55,745 nt of DNA from Chiloscyllium plagiosum. Its lineage: Eukaryota. The translations under genes and the position numbers were made by a program. Below are positions 38,844-51,389 of this stretch, piece by piece (position 1 is the first letter of the stretch; every line of letters starts with the position of its first letter). The notes beneath the pieces are model-generated. The model worked only from the letters and a program-made list of their open reading frames with translations. It had not been told where the DNA came from and did no database searches. Location: the NCBI RefSeq assembly GCF_004010195.1, contig NC_057753.1:10013679-10069423 (forward strand). The letters run 5' to 3'.

Positions 38844-39038
38844 CTAGGAGAAAGTGAGGACTGCAGATGCTGGAGATCAGAGCTGAAAACATGTTGCTGG
38901 AAAAGCGCAGCAGGTCAGGCAGCATCCCAGGAGCAGGATTCCTGAAGAAGGGCTCTTGCCCGAAACGTCAATTCTCCTGCTCCTTGGATGCTGCCTGACC
39001 TGCTGCGCTTTTCCAGCAACACATTTTCAACTCTGATC
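38844..39038. mobile_element. Inverted pair of PLE terminal repeats with hammerhead core (38942-38969)
   Basis: ctaggagaaagtgagg... arm followed by its reverse complement. Confidence 0.85.
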
Positions 39039-39039
39039 C

Positions 39040-40060
39040 TTTAAGTCCCTTTTATTTCTTTCCCCTCTCATCCTAAATGTATGCCATCTAGTTCTAAACT
39101 CCCCCCAACTCAGGGAAAAGACCTTGTCTGTTTATCCTATCAATGCCCCTCATGATTTTATAAACCTCTATAAGGTCACCTCTCAGCCTCTGACGCTCCA
39201 GGGAAAACAACAACAACCTATTCAGCTTCTCCCAATAGCTCAAATCCTCCAACCCTGGCAATGTCCTTCTAAATCTTTTCTGAACCCTTTCAAGTTTCAC
39301 AACAAACTTTTGACAGGAAGGAGACCAGAACTGCACATACTATTCCAAAAGTGGTCTAACCAATGCCCTGTACAGCTGCAACATCATCTCCCAACTTCCA
39401 TACTTGATACTGTGACCAATAAAGGAAAGCATTCCAAACTCCGCCTTCGCTATCCTATGTACCTGTGACTACTTTCAAGGATCTATGAACCTGCACTCCA
39501 AGGTCTCTTTGTTCAGCAACACTCCCTTGGATCATTAAGTGTATAAGTCCTCCTCTGATCTGCTTTTCCAAAATGCAGTGCCTCATATGTATCTAAATTA
39601 AACTCCATCTGCCACTTCTCAGCCCATTGGCCCATCTGATAAAGATCCTGTTGTCCTCTGATCTACGCAACTTCGCTGTGCACTACACCTCCAATTTTGA
39701 TGTCATCTGCAAATTTAGTAACTATACCTCATATATTGACATCCACAGCATTTATATAAATGACGAAAAGTAGTGGACCCAGCACCCATCCTTGTCACAG
39801 GCCTCCAGTCTGAAAAGCAACTCTCTACCACCACCCTCTGTCTTCCTACCTGTGAGCTGGTTCTGTATCCAAATGACGAGTTCTGCCTGTATTCCATGAT
39901 GTCTAACCTTGCTAACCAGTCTCCCTTGGGGAAGGCTTTTGCCTGAAACGTCGATTTTACTGCTCCTCGGATGCTGCCTGAACTGCTGTGCTTTTCCAGC
40001 ACCACAAATCCAGAATCTTGGGGAATCTTGTCAAATGCCTCACTGAAATCTATATAGTAC
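39040..40060 (-). mobile_element. CR1 LINE ORF2 3' fragment
   Basis: IDFSEAFDKIP, QFWSP..KLERVQKRF..LRGDLIEVYKIM; small PLE repeat nested at about 39930-40015. Confidence 0.9.
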
Positions 40061-40611
40061 CCTGACATGTAGGCCGTCAGGCACAGGGGACTTGTCTGCC
40101 CTCAATAGTTTGCTGTGTACCTTTTTCCCCTCAATGTTGATTGTTTAAGTTCTATCCTTTCTATCACCTCTGACTTGCCCGTTCCAATGGGAATGGCACT
40201 ATTGTCCTCCAGCTTGAAAACTGAGGAAAAGTATTGACTTAGCGTCTCTGCCATTTCAGTGTTCCTCCTATTAACTCGCTGGTTTCATCTTCCAAGGGAC
40301 CTTAGCGACTCTGTTCCCTTTAGCATTGCCGACAGAAGCTTTTGCTATACTTTTTGATATTTTGTGCGAGGTTTCTTTCGTAATTTACCTTTATTCACTT
40401 TTTTTTAGTATCCCTTTGTTTATGTTTGCAAGTTTTCCAATGTTTCAGTCTACCAGAGATCTGGAATAACGTTTCGGAAAAGACTGAATTTAAAAAAAAA
40501 AAATGACGTTAAAACTTAATAAAAATAACCCCACCTTTCAGATGGCTGGTGAGGGGAGAAGGGAACACATTCGCCCAGCCCCCATTGTCTCCGATTGGTT
40601 GGATGTCGCTT

Positions 40612-41117
40612 CTGCTATGAGTCCAGAGATGGGTGAGTCCATGGGTCTGCCGTTGATTTGTTCATATATTTGGTTGTTGAATTCACCACAAAGGTAGTGT
40701 GGCTAGTCCTTTGGGTTGTGGCATGTCCTCATTCTGTTGTCTTTCCCTTAGGTATCTGTTGATGAAATTGCGGGGGTATCTGTTTTTGGCGAATACATTG
40801 TATAGGTGTTCTTCTTCCTCTTTTTGCAGTTCTGGTGTACTGCAATGTGTTGTGGCCCTTTTGAACAGTGTCTTGATGTAACTTTTGTGTGTTGGGATGG
40901 TTTAGGACTTGGTCTGTGTGTGTGGCTTTCCTGTATACCTTTGTGGTGAATTCAACAACCAAATATAGGAACAAATCAACGGCACACCCATGGGCTCACC
41001 CATCTCTGGACTCATAGCAGAAGCGGTAATGCAAAGGTTAGAGCAAACAGTCTTACCGCAAATTCAACCTAAACTCTGGGTCAGATATGTAGATGATACC
41101 TTTGTAATCATTAAAAA
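40612..41117. mobile_element. Rearranged Penelope RT fragment with internal inversion
   Basis: QINGTPMGSPISGLIAEAVMQRLE...WVRYVDDTFVI (+); about 40615-40696 is the reverse complement of about 40936-41025. Confidence 0.88.
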
Positions 41118-41576
41118 GTCGAACCGCGCCCACTACATGCGGGGAGACGTCACGTTCTGGGCACCTAACCCCTTGTGCATGTGCAGTGTAGGTCATGTAG
41201 GGGACAAAGGCAGTGTTACTGAGTGTGAGAGGAATGGCACCAGCGGCTTAAGAAACAAAAACAGAAACCCCTGGAAAAGCTGAGCAGCCCTGGCTGCATG
41301 TGTCAAGAGAATCCGAGGAAACGTTACGGGTCCAGTGATCCTCCTTCAGAACAGAAATAGGCTTCGGAAACATCCCGGGGAGGTCGCCAGGCCTGAGCGC
41401 CCGGGGAGAGGAGACAGTGAGACAGGGGAGGATTGGAAATCGCGGGAGGAGGGAGACTGGGGAGTTTATAAATTCCTTGGGGAGGCCGGAGGCTGCGAAT
41501 AAAAGCTCCACAGGCCCAGTGTTTACTTTGTTTGGGGAAGGACCTCTGGGGGCAACCGGTCGCCATATTCGTGAGG
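41118..41576 (+). promoter_or_regulatory. Candidate promoter/first exon of the second ZNF gene
   Basis: CpG-enriched; ACTACA and GACGTCA motifs; donor agg|gtaaga at 41577. Confidence 0.45.
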
Positions 41577-41699
41577 GTAAGATGCATGTTGTCTTGGGGT
41601 GAGGAGCGCGGGCATCCATCTTGGTGAGGGCACCATCAACTGTCATTTCTGGGAGAGATTTCCAACTTTGTGGCAGCCTTTGTGTCAACTAGAATTTTC

Positions 41700-42135
41700 T
41701 CATTCTGGATGTAAGTTTGCTCGCTGAGCTGGAAGGTTCATTTTCAGACATTTCATCACCATACTAGGTAACATCAGTGAGTCAGTGAAGAGCTGGTGTT
41801 ATGTCCTGCTTTCTATTTATGTCTTTTGGTTTCTTAGGGGTGGGTGCTATCATTTCTGTTCTTTTTCTCAGAGCATGGTAGATGGGGTCCAAATCAATAG
41901 ATTTCCAGTTGGAATGTCATGTTTCTAGGAATTCTTGTGCGTGTTTCTGGTTGGCTTATAAGGATGGTGGCTAGTCATAGGATGGATGGATGGTCCCAGT
42001 CAACGTGGTGTCCTCCTTCGTCTGTATGTAAAGATACTAGTGATAGTGGTTCATGTGTTTTTGTGGCTAGTTGATGTTCATTTCTCCTGGTGGCTAGTTT
42101 TATACCTGTTTGTCAAATGTAGTGTTTGTTACAGT
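41700..42135 (-). mobile_element. Penelope 3' end (GIY-YIG plus terminal repeat, third hammerhead-like variant at about 41747-41779)
   Basis: Reverse complement gives ctgatgttacctagtatggtgatgaaatgtc and aaacactacatttgacaaacagg (HYIGQTG-like). Confidence 0.7.
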
Positions 42136-42445
42136 CATAGAATTCCTACTGTGTGGAAATAGGCTCTTTGGCCCAACAAATCCATACGGACCCTGTGGAG
42201 AGTATGCCAGCTAAGCCCATTCCTCTACAATTACCCTTGACTTATGTAACACTATGGGCAATTTAGCATGGCCAATTCACTTAGCCTGTGTATCTTTGGA
42301 TTGTGGGAGGAAACCGGAGCACCTGGAGGAAACCAACACAGACATTGGGAGATTGTGCACACTCCACACAGACAGTCGCCCCCGGATGGGATTGGACCCG
42401 GGTCCCTGGCGCTGTGAGGCAGCAGTGCTAACCACTGCTAACCAC
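42135..42445 (-). mobile_element. HE1/V-SINE-like tRNA-derived SINE
   Basis: Reverse complement begins tggttagcactgctgcctcacagcgccagggacccggg; core ggtttcctccaggtgctccggtttcctcccaca. Confidence 0.85.
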
Positions 42446-43499
42446 ATTATATTTCAACAATCTTCCAATTTTAAACACATTCATCACAGTCCTCCCAGAG
42501 GATTAAACTGTTCTCTCTCATTAGAGATGGCTGGTGGTGGTTTATCTTGAGGGTCACCACACCTCAGCCGAGGGGAAAGGCTGAGAAGGAGATCCTCACA
42601 TTTCTCCAACTTGGGTGATATATAATGTAAAGCACCTTGGTATAACATTTTAACAAAAGTATCATCAGTATTAGCTGCTGCTGTAGCTGTCTTTTTTGGC
42701 AAGACTCGTACGTCGAGTGAAACAATTTTAGCAAGAAGTTGGCAGCTGGCAGAGGTCCCCAATCTAATGCCAAAAAAGTGAATGCTTTTTTGGGTGAAAG
42801 AAATTGGCAAAGAAAAAAATAATTTAAAAAGTATCATGTACCTTTAGAAAGGGTGGAAGGGTTGATCTTTGAAAATAAATGAAAACAACATTTATGAAGT
42901 GGAGCAACTGGATCCAGTTTCAACAAATTAAATTAACAACGCAAGTTTCTTTTCACATAACTGCACTACCGCAAATTTCTGTATTGCGGGAAAATGTTAT
43001 GTACTAAAATATGTTCTTATTTTGTAAAGAGTCAGGTCAATAGGTTTAATTTTGTAAACCGTGATCAATAAGATCTTGATTTATACAGCATCTATGTGAG
43101 ATACACTGGTAGTTAATATTTGATTGAATAAGTCTCCACTGACCACCACAAGAACAAAGTTTTTCCCTATCTGAACTGTCAGAAAAGATGTGCTTTCTTC
43201 ACAAATTTTGAGTTCCTGATATGTTTGTCTGTCTTGCAATATTTGATTTTAAAATATGTAATTTGCAGTGAAAATGAATTATTTGTGTTTTTTTCATGTT
43301 GATTTTAAGGTACACTGATCAGAAACTATGTAGGTATTTAGGCCGTCTAAAAATAGAATGCTTTTCATACTCAAAGTTGCTGTGCAAACAAAACCTGTGG
43401 TGTCAATACATGCAACCACTGTCTTTCACTCCTTTTTTTTTGGAAATCATTGGGAATTTAGCACCTCACACTACTGCAGCAGAATCTGAGCACGTTACA

Positions 43500-44068
43500 T
43501 CGGAGTACTGAGGTCATGTTGCAGTTGTATAAGACTCTGGTGCGGCCGCATCTGGAGTATTGTGTGCAGTTTTGGTCGCCATACTATAGGAAGGATGTGG
43601 AGGCACTGGAACGGGTGCAGAGGAGGTTTACCAGGATGTTGCCTGGTATGGTAGAAAGATCGTATGAGGAAAAACTGAGGCATTTGGGGTTGTTTTCATT
43701 GGAGAAAAGAAGGTTTAGGAGTGACTTGATAGAGGTGTATAAGATGATTCGGGGTTTAGATAGGGTCGACAGTGAGAATCTTTTTCCACGTATGGAGTCA
43801 GCTATTACAAGGGGGCATAGCTTTAAATTAAGGGGGGGTAGGTATAGGACAGATGTTAGGGGTAGGTTCTTTACTCAGCGAGTCGTGAGTTCATGGAATG
43901 CCCTGCCAGTAGCAGTGGTGGACTCTCCCTCATTATGGGCATTTAAGCGGGCATTGGATAGGCATATGGAGGATAGTGGGCTAGTGTAGGTTAGGTGGGC
44001 TTGGATCGGCGCAACATCGAGGGCCGAAGGGCCTGTACTGCGCTGTATTCTTCTATGTTCTATGTTCC
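43500..44068 (+). mobile_element. Young 5'-truncated CR1 LINE 3' end
   Basis: Uninterrupted ORF2 C-terminus 43516-43989 (LYKTLVRPHLEYCVQFWSP) and (ttctatg)n tail. Confidence 0.93.
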
Positions 44069-45340
44069 CATCAGGATGCTATAACAAAACTCAACCTAAT
44101 TTGGGATGTTGGGGAAAGTGCAAAATAAATGATTCACTAGTATATACCCTGTGGTTAAAGAGCGCTACAACAGTATTGTACAGACATGTCAGCTGTCTTG
44201 GTGAGACCTAACTTTACTCTGCAACACCTTGATTGGCTCGAGTTGTTGCTGACTGCTTGTAAAACGAAACATTGTGAAGTAAAGACAGTTTCAGTTGTAA
44301 AACTGTCTTATTTGGCCTTCAGCAGTCACACCTAAACTAATACCATATATTTTGCTGCTTATTTTGATTTAACTTGATGATATGTAACCTCAGTTGCTAA
44401 ACAACTCTCAGTGGAGCCTCAAGCGTTATTTGACATCCAACACAAAAGCCAACTTCTTCCAAGTGTTGCTGACTGCAAAAAAACATACAAAAGCTTTTAT
44501 CAACTCCCGGATCGATTTACCACAAGAAATAGGAGTATTGGCCATTCAGCTATTCGATTCTGCTCCACCATTCAGTGAGATCATGTCTGATCTGATAACC
44601 CTCAATTCCATTTTCCTGCCTTTTCCCCAAAACCCTTGATTCCCTACTGATCTTCCTTTGACACCATCACTTTTTCAGAAGGTTAACTTATCTAGAACTT
44701 TGAAGACTGAGACACTTGGACACACAGTACCAACATCAATCCTTGTTAATTGTCCCTGCTTCTGTACTACAGAAAATTGTTTTCTGGATCTTTGTTTGAG
44801 TCTACAAATTGCTCAATAAGATCAAACAATCCTCTTCTGCTCTTCTACTGAGCCAATATCTCTGACAGCTCCATTTCAATGAAACTGAGAAAGCTTCCTA
44901 TCACTTTTGGTTGCAGCCGATAGGGCCAGGATAAAAGATGATTCTCGTTTTCCTAAATACTTGGAATAGGTTCAATTGATTTTAAACAAATGAGTTCTGA
45001 CACATGTTTGGGTTCATATGAGAAGTTTAGCAGAATTGATTTCTCAGATGGGACAATGAAACTTCCTTAGATTGTTTCCACTATTGGAGGTCTACCTCCA
45101 GTTCTTGTTCTTAACACATTATAATGATCTTCTTAACTAGTTTTATTTCATTATATCCATCCCTTCAAACAAATGGCTGTACCATTGACTTACTTCCCAT
45201 AAATAAATTCATCCATCTCCAGCACATTCTAGGTGATATTTTTCCTTAAATTCCATTAAAACGTCCTATCTCTTTCCTTAAATCTATGCCCCCCTAGTTG
45301 CTGAAGCCCTCCACCAAGGGGAAAAGGTTCTTCCTATCTA

Positions 45341-45544
45341 GAGGAGAAAGTGAGGTCTGCAGATGCTGGAGATCAAAGTTGAAACTTTATTGCTGGAACA
45401 GCACAGCAGGTCAGGCAGCATCCAGGGAACAGGAGATTCGACGTTTCGGGCACAGGCCTGAAGAAGGGCCTGTGCCCGAAACGTCGAATCTCCTGTTCCC
45501 TGGATGCTGCCTGACCTGCTGTGCTGTTCCAGCAATAAAGTTTC
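45341..45544. mobile_element. Palindromic PLE terminal-repeat insertion with hammerhead core (45458-45485) and TSD
   Basis: Perfect inverted arms; ttcttcctatctaga at 45328-45342 and 45542-45556. Confidence 0.9.
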
Positions 45545-47359
45545 TTCCTATCTAGACCCTAAGTGTACACTCCAAACAGGTCCTCACTCAGCCTCCCCTG
45601 CTTCAAGGGAAATACCCTCAGCCGATCTAATTACTCTCCTATCTGAAACCCACCAACATGCACCACCCTGGGTTAGTATTCCCTTCTGCACCCTTTCTAG
45701 TGCCATCACATCCTTCTAATAATGTGACGACCAGATCCACTACTCCAGCTGTGGCCCAACTAATGTCTTGTACAGTTCCATCATGGTCTCCCGGCTCACC
45801 TGCTCAATGCCTTAACTATTAAGGGCAAGTATTTCATATGCCGCCTTAACCACTTTATCCACGTGTCCTGTTGCCTTCAAGAATCTATGAACACATATAC
45901 CTTTCTCTGATCTTCAGGACATTCTAAGTTCTTGTGATTCATCATGTACTCCCTTGCCTGTTGAACCTCCTGAAATGTATCATCTCAATCTTTTCAGGAT
46001 TGAACTCCATCTGCCATTGTTCTGCCCATCTGACCAACCCATCTTTATTGTCCTGTCGTTTAAAACTTTCCTCCTTGCCATATATTAGTGTGGGTTCTGA
46101 ATTTCTTTTGGGCCTGATTTATTTAGGTTGCATTGTGTTTATTTTGTGGGATATTTTAAGAAGATTGGGAGGACACTTGGATCCAGTATCTGTTTATACC
46201 CAAAGAAGAAACTCAAACCAGAATTTTTTTAATCCAATGTTTTCCCTGGTAACATTTTCACAATGACTTCAATTCCTGCAACACCCTTAGCTTAACTTAA
46301 GCTATGTTCAAATCAAGACATTACTGAATGGAGATCGTAACTTCTTGTACTATTAAATCTGTCTCAAGCAATGCTGCAAATTAGGTAACCTTGCATTATT
46401 ATTTTATAACTGTGCTCAAAACCTTTTCTAAAAAGTGACCGGATGAAGATTGAAGTTGACTGAACTGCTTTCTTCACTTTAAGATATTGCAAAAAAAAAG
46501 TAAATGTTCAAACATATGCAATTTTTTTCTTTCTCTGAAATAGGTAATGAGTTGAAAGGGAATAATGGACAAAGCAATGAAAACAATGCTGACTCTAATT
46601 CAGCAAGTATGTTCTTTTCAATAAGTTTAATTCAATATGTACATTAATTAAAGTTATGTGAGTGACACAAATAACAATACTTTAAGGCTGTTACTTAAGT
46701 TTAGAAATTCAATGACACTCTGTGTAGATGACTTAAAATCATTATATCAAAAGCTTAATGCGCTTGCATAAAACACACAACCTCAGTTATGTTTATTATT
46801 TCCCAAACTGGGTTATCAAGTATTATTGGAGATTTGATGATAGCGGGCAAAATAGCGACTCTAATTTCGCAAGTATGCAAGGTTTAAGCTTAAAATGCAT
46901 GACAGGTTTATTTATCCAAGAAATAAGCATCTTTTACTCTCACTAATATTAGCTCCAATTATCAATATTTGATGTGAGATTAAAAGATCTAGCTTGAGAA
47001 ATCTACAACTTATTGCCACACTCTTGCCATAAATATGACAGGAACACAGTAAAAGTAGTGAAAATTAAGTCAGATCTTTGTTGTTACAAATCCATAAGAT
47101 ACAGAAGCAGAATCAGTCCATTTGATCATGACCAATGTTTCTCAACCCCATTCTCCTGCCTCCTCCCTGTAACCCTTGATTCCCTTACTAATCAAGAGAC
47201 TATCTTTATCTGTCTTAAAAGCACTTTGCCACTGAAACGAGGCAAGTAACTATGAGTTCCACAGAGTCACCTTTTTCTGGTTGAAAAAAATCATCTTTAT
47301 CTCATCCCAGCATTTCTTGCCACAGACAACTATGGGGGCAGAGTCCATGTATGTATTTC

Positions 47360-48705
47360 CTTGCATGGTATTTTGTAACTAACATTTGTTTTGCTGGTTG
47401 TTTGTATAGGGTCTTTCAGGTTCATTAGCCACTGCTTAAGTGTGTTGGTAGGTTTGTGGGCTACCATGATGCTTAGAGGTTTGAGTTGTCTGGACATAAT
47501 TTCACAGATGTCTTTGATGTAAGGTAATGTGGCTAGGGTTTCTGCGCAGGTGTCTGCTTGTTTTGAGTTTGTTGTTGAGAAATCAGCGGGCAGGGTTTAT
47601 TGGGACCCGTTCTTCTTGAATGTGCTGTATAAGTATTTATCTTCTGCTCTTCGTAGTTCTTGGGTGGTGCAGTGTGTAGTGGCTCGTTGAAATAGTGTCC
47701 TGATGCAGATTTGTTTGGGATGATTTGCTTCTACAGTTAGGTACTTGGGTCTGTGTATGTTGTTTTCCTGTAGACATTAGTTTGAAGTTCCCCATTGACT
47801 GTTCCATCTACTGACATCTAGGAATGGCACTTTGTTGTTCTCTTTTGTGAATCTTATGTCAGTAAGGATATTGTTGATGGTGTTGTAGGTTTCCTCTAAT
47901 TTGTTTCATTTTGTGATGACAAAGGTGTCATCACTGTAGTGGACCCAAAGTTTGGGCTGGAATGTTGGGAGGGCTGTTTGTTCGAGTCTCTGCATTATTG
48001 CTTCTGCTAGGAACCTTGATATTGGTGGTCTCATGGGTGTTCTGTTGATTTGTTTGTAGGGCTTGTTATTGAATGTGAAGTGGGTGATAAGACATGGGTC
48101 CACAAGCTTGACAATGTTATCTTTGCTGATGAAGTTGGTGCTGTTTGGTGTTTGTGTCTTTGATTGATCTTGGTTGATCAGTGTTTCTTTGGCCACGTTA
48201 ATGTTAATGGATGTGAACGGGGCTGTTATGCCAAAGGACAGCATTATTTCATCCTCTTCTATCTTGGGGTTTTTGGTGTTCAGGAATTCTTGGGTGGAGT
48301 GAATGGAGTGGCACGAATCTTCTACTCAGTGTTTTAGTCTTCAGTGGAGTTCTTTGACTAGTCTGTATATTGGTGTTCCAGGTAGTGAGACTATGGGCCT
48401 GAGGGGGGCTCCTGGTTTGAAGAGGAGGAGAACAACAACAAAGTGCCATTCCTAGATGTCACAGTAGAGCGAACAGTCAATGGGGAACTTCAAACTAGCG
48501 TCTATAGGAAACAATACACATGGACCAAATACCTGACTACAGAAGCAATCATCCCAACACCCACAAACGAAGCAGCATCAGGAGATTATTTCAACGAGCC
48601 ACCACACATTGCAGCACAGAGGAACTGCGAAGAGCAGAAGAGAAATACGTATACGTACTCCAGAATGGATACCCAATAAACCCAGTCCGCCGATTTCTCA
48701 TTGAT
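47360..48705 (-). mobile_element. Penelope RT fragment with an inverted terminal duplication (48430-48705 on +)
   Basis: SFGITAPFTSI, FTFNNKPYKQIN, WVHYSDDTFVI on minus; PFLDVTV...TSVYRK on plus is the reverse complement of about 47575-47840. Confidence 0.88.
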
Positions 48706-48799
48706 GCTTCCAAGCTGACCCTCCAATTTGGTTTGTCCCTGAATTCTTTCCTGGCTGTCTTTTGTGGGTTTTGAAAACTTTCCCAATCCTCTGACTGAG

Positions 48800-49990
48800 G
48801 GTAGGAGTTGGGAAGTTGTGTTGTGGCTGTACAGGACATTGGTAGACCACTTTTGGAATATTGTGTGGAATTCTGGTCTCGCTCCTATCAGAATGATGTG
48901 AAACTTGAAAGGATTCAGAACACACTTAAAAGGATGTTGCCAGTGTCTGAGCTGAATGGGCTGGGCTGTTTTTCCTCGTGCACTGGAGGCTGAGGGGTGA
49001 CTGAGAGTCATTAATAAAATCATGAGAGGCATGGATAGGGTAAATAGACAAGGACATTTCCCTGGGTGAGAGGATCTAGAACTAGAGGGTAATAGGTTTA
49101 GGGTGGAGGAGGGCAAGATTTAAAAGGGTCCTAAGGAGTAACCTTTTCATGCAGAGGGTGGTGTGTGTAAGGAATGAGCTGCCAAAGGAAGTGGTGGATG
49201 TTGATACAGCTATGACNNNNNNNNNNNNNNNNNNNNNNNNNNNNNNNNNNNNNNNNNNNNNNNNNNNNNNNNNNNNNNNNNNNNNNNNNNNNNNNNNNNN
49301 NNNNNNNNNNNNNNNNNNNNNNNNNNNNNNNNNNNNNNNNNNNNNNNNNNNNNNNNNNNNNNNNNNNNNNNNNNNNNNNNNNNNNNNNNNNNNNNNNNNN
49401 NNNNNNNNNNNNNNNNNNNNNNNNNNNNNNNNNNNNNNNNNNNNNNNNNNNNNNNNNNNNNNNNNNNNNNNNNNNNNNNNNNNNNNNNNNNNNNNNNNNN
49501 NNNNNNNNNNNNNNNNNNNNNNNNNNNNNNNNNNNNNNNNNNNNNNNNNNNNNNNNNNNNNNNNNNNNNNNNNNNNNNNNNNNNNNNNNNNNNNNNNNNN
49601 NNNNNNNNNNNNNNNNNNNNNNNNNNNNNNNNNNNNNNNNNNNNNNNNNNNNNNNNNNNNNNNNNNNNNNNNNNNNNNNNNNNNNNNNNNNNNNNNNNNN
49701 NNNNNNNNNNNNNNNNCATTTCCCTGGGATGGGAGAAGTCCAGAACAGGAGGGTAATATGTTTCGGGTGAGGGAGGCAAGTGTAAGGAATGATCTGCCGG
49801 AGGAAGTAATGGATGTAGGTCCAATTATAACATTTAAAAGGCATCTGGATGGGTATATGAATAGGAAGAGTTCAGAGGGATATGGGTCAAGTGCTGGCAA
49901 ATAAGACGAGATTAATTTAGGCTATCTAGTCGCCACGGATGAGTTGGACTGAAGGACCTGTTTTTGTGTTGTGTATCTCTATGACTCTGG
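48800..49990 (+). mobile_element. CR1 3' fragments spanning a gap
   Basis: RPLLEYCVEFWS...KLERIQ; tail ctctatgactct. Confidence 0.85.
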
Positions 49991-50856
49991 CTTGCCCGTA
50001 ATATTTGTCATGCCTGTATGTTCAGTTTCTGTCTGGTGTCCGTGCCAATGCCTTGATATCTCATTTCCCCCATCTCCCAACTTCCACCTCCCCAGATGTT
50101 AATCATTTCGTGTCTGATTGTTTCTCAAGGAGCTGCATTGAAGGTTCATCCTGAATTGACACTTTTGTTTGCTTCCCAAAATCAGACTTACTCACTCCGA
50201 GATTTCGTGAAAGATACCATCTTTCAGGTGGAGGCATCCAAAATTCAGAGGTGTCTGTCTTGATGTTTTCACTTTTCGGTCACTATAAGATCCTGAATCA
50301 ATACCATGGGGAGAATTAGTTTGAGCGGTGTGAGAATAGAGGGGAGGGAGGGGGTGGGATGGTGCTTTCAATTTTGTGGAAAAAGAAAAGAATGTTCTGC
50401 GGGAAAGTAAAATTGCTTGTTTGGAATTCCTAACCTGAACTGACAGTGATGATTTTTGTAATCTCTTTTTACAGATTATTTGAAGATCTGAAGACGGAAG
50501 TTTCAAAATCAATAGCTGAAGGGCTTTGCCTGAAACATTGACTCAGTTGCTCCTCGGATGCTGCCTGATCTGCTGTGATTTTCCAGCATTGCACTTTGAC
50601 TCTGACTCTCCGGCATGTGCAGTCCTCAATTTCACGTCAATGTCTACAGTCTACAGTCACCGAATCCATCGGGACTATAACAATTTTTGACTATGATTAT
50701 GTTTCAGTGCGTTTTCAGCATCAGTGAGACTGGAAGAGAGACCCTACTGCTGCAGCACTCTGATTGTGGAGCCAGAAAATGTTATACAGACTAGGAAGAG
50801 GAATTCACGGCAGAGAGGTGCTGTACACGCGTTTGTGTGCAGGTGAAGCTTCATTC

Positions 50857-51389
50857 ATGGAGAAACCCAATGAATCCCGTCCCGTGGAGAAACTATGGAA
50901 GTGTGGCGACTGTGGGAAAGGCTTCCGTTTCCCATCTGACCTGGAGNNNNNNNNNNNNNNNNNNNNNNNNNNNNNNNNNNNNNNNNNNNNNNNNNNNNNN
51001 NNNNNNNNNNNNNNNNNNNNNNNNNNNNNNNNNNNNNNNNNNNNNNNNNNNNNNNNNNNNNNNNNNNNNNNNNNNNNNNNNNNNNNNNNNNNNNNNNNNN
51101 NNNNNNNNNNNNNNNNNNNNNNNNNNNNNNNNNNNNNNNNNNNNNNNNNNNNNNNNNNNNNNNNNNNNNNNNNNNNNNNNNNNNNNNNNNNNNNNNNNNN
51201 NNNNNNNNNNNNNNNNNNNNNNNNNNNNNNNNNNNNNNNNNNNNNNNNNNNNNNNNNCAGTTCACCTGCCCCGAGTGCAGGCGGAGGTTCTCATCATTCT
51301 GCACCTTGCAGAAGCACCAGCGGGCACACCAGTGCTCCCAACAATCTGATTCTGCTGGTGAAACTGCTGTGGGTCACTGCGAGGACTGA
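50857..51389 (+). CDS. Second C2H2 zinc-finger gene; array mostly hidden in a gap
   Basis: [30 protein letters not shown][gap]-FTCPECRRRFSSFCTLQKHQRAH...TGA at 51387-51389; acceptor ctttttacag ending 50474 homologous to that of the first gene. Confidence 0.75.

Noticed and set aside
42380..42445. tRNA gene
   Set aside because: tRNA-derived SINE head joined to a SINE core, not a complete cloverleaf
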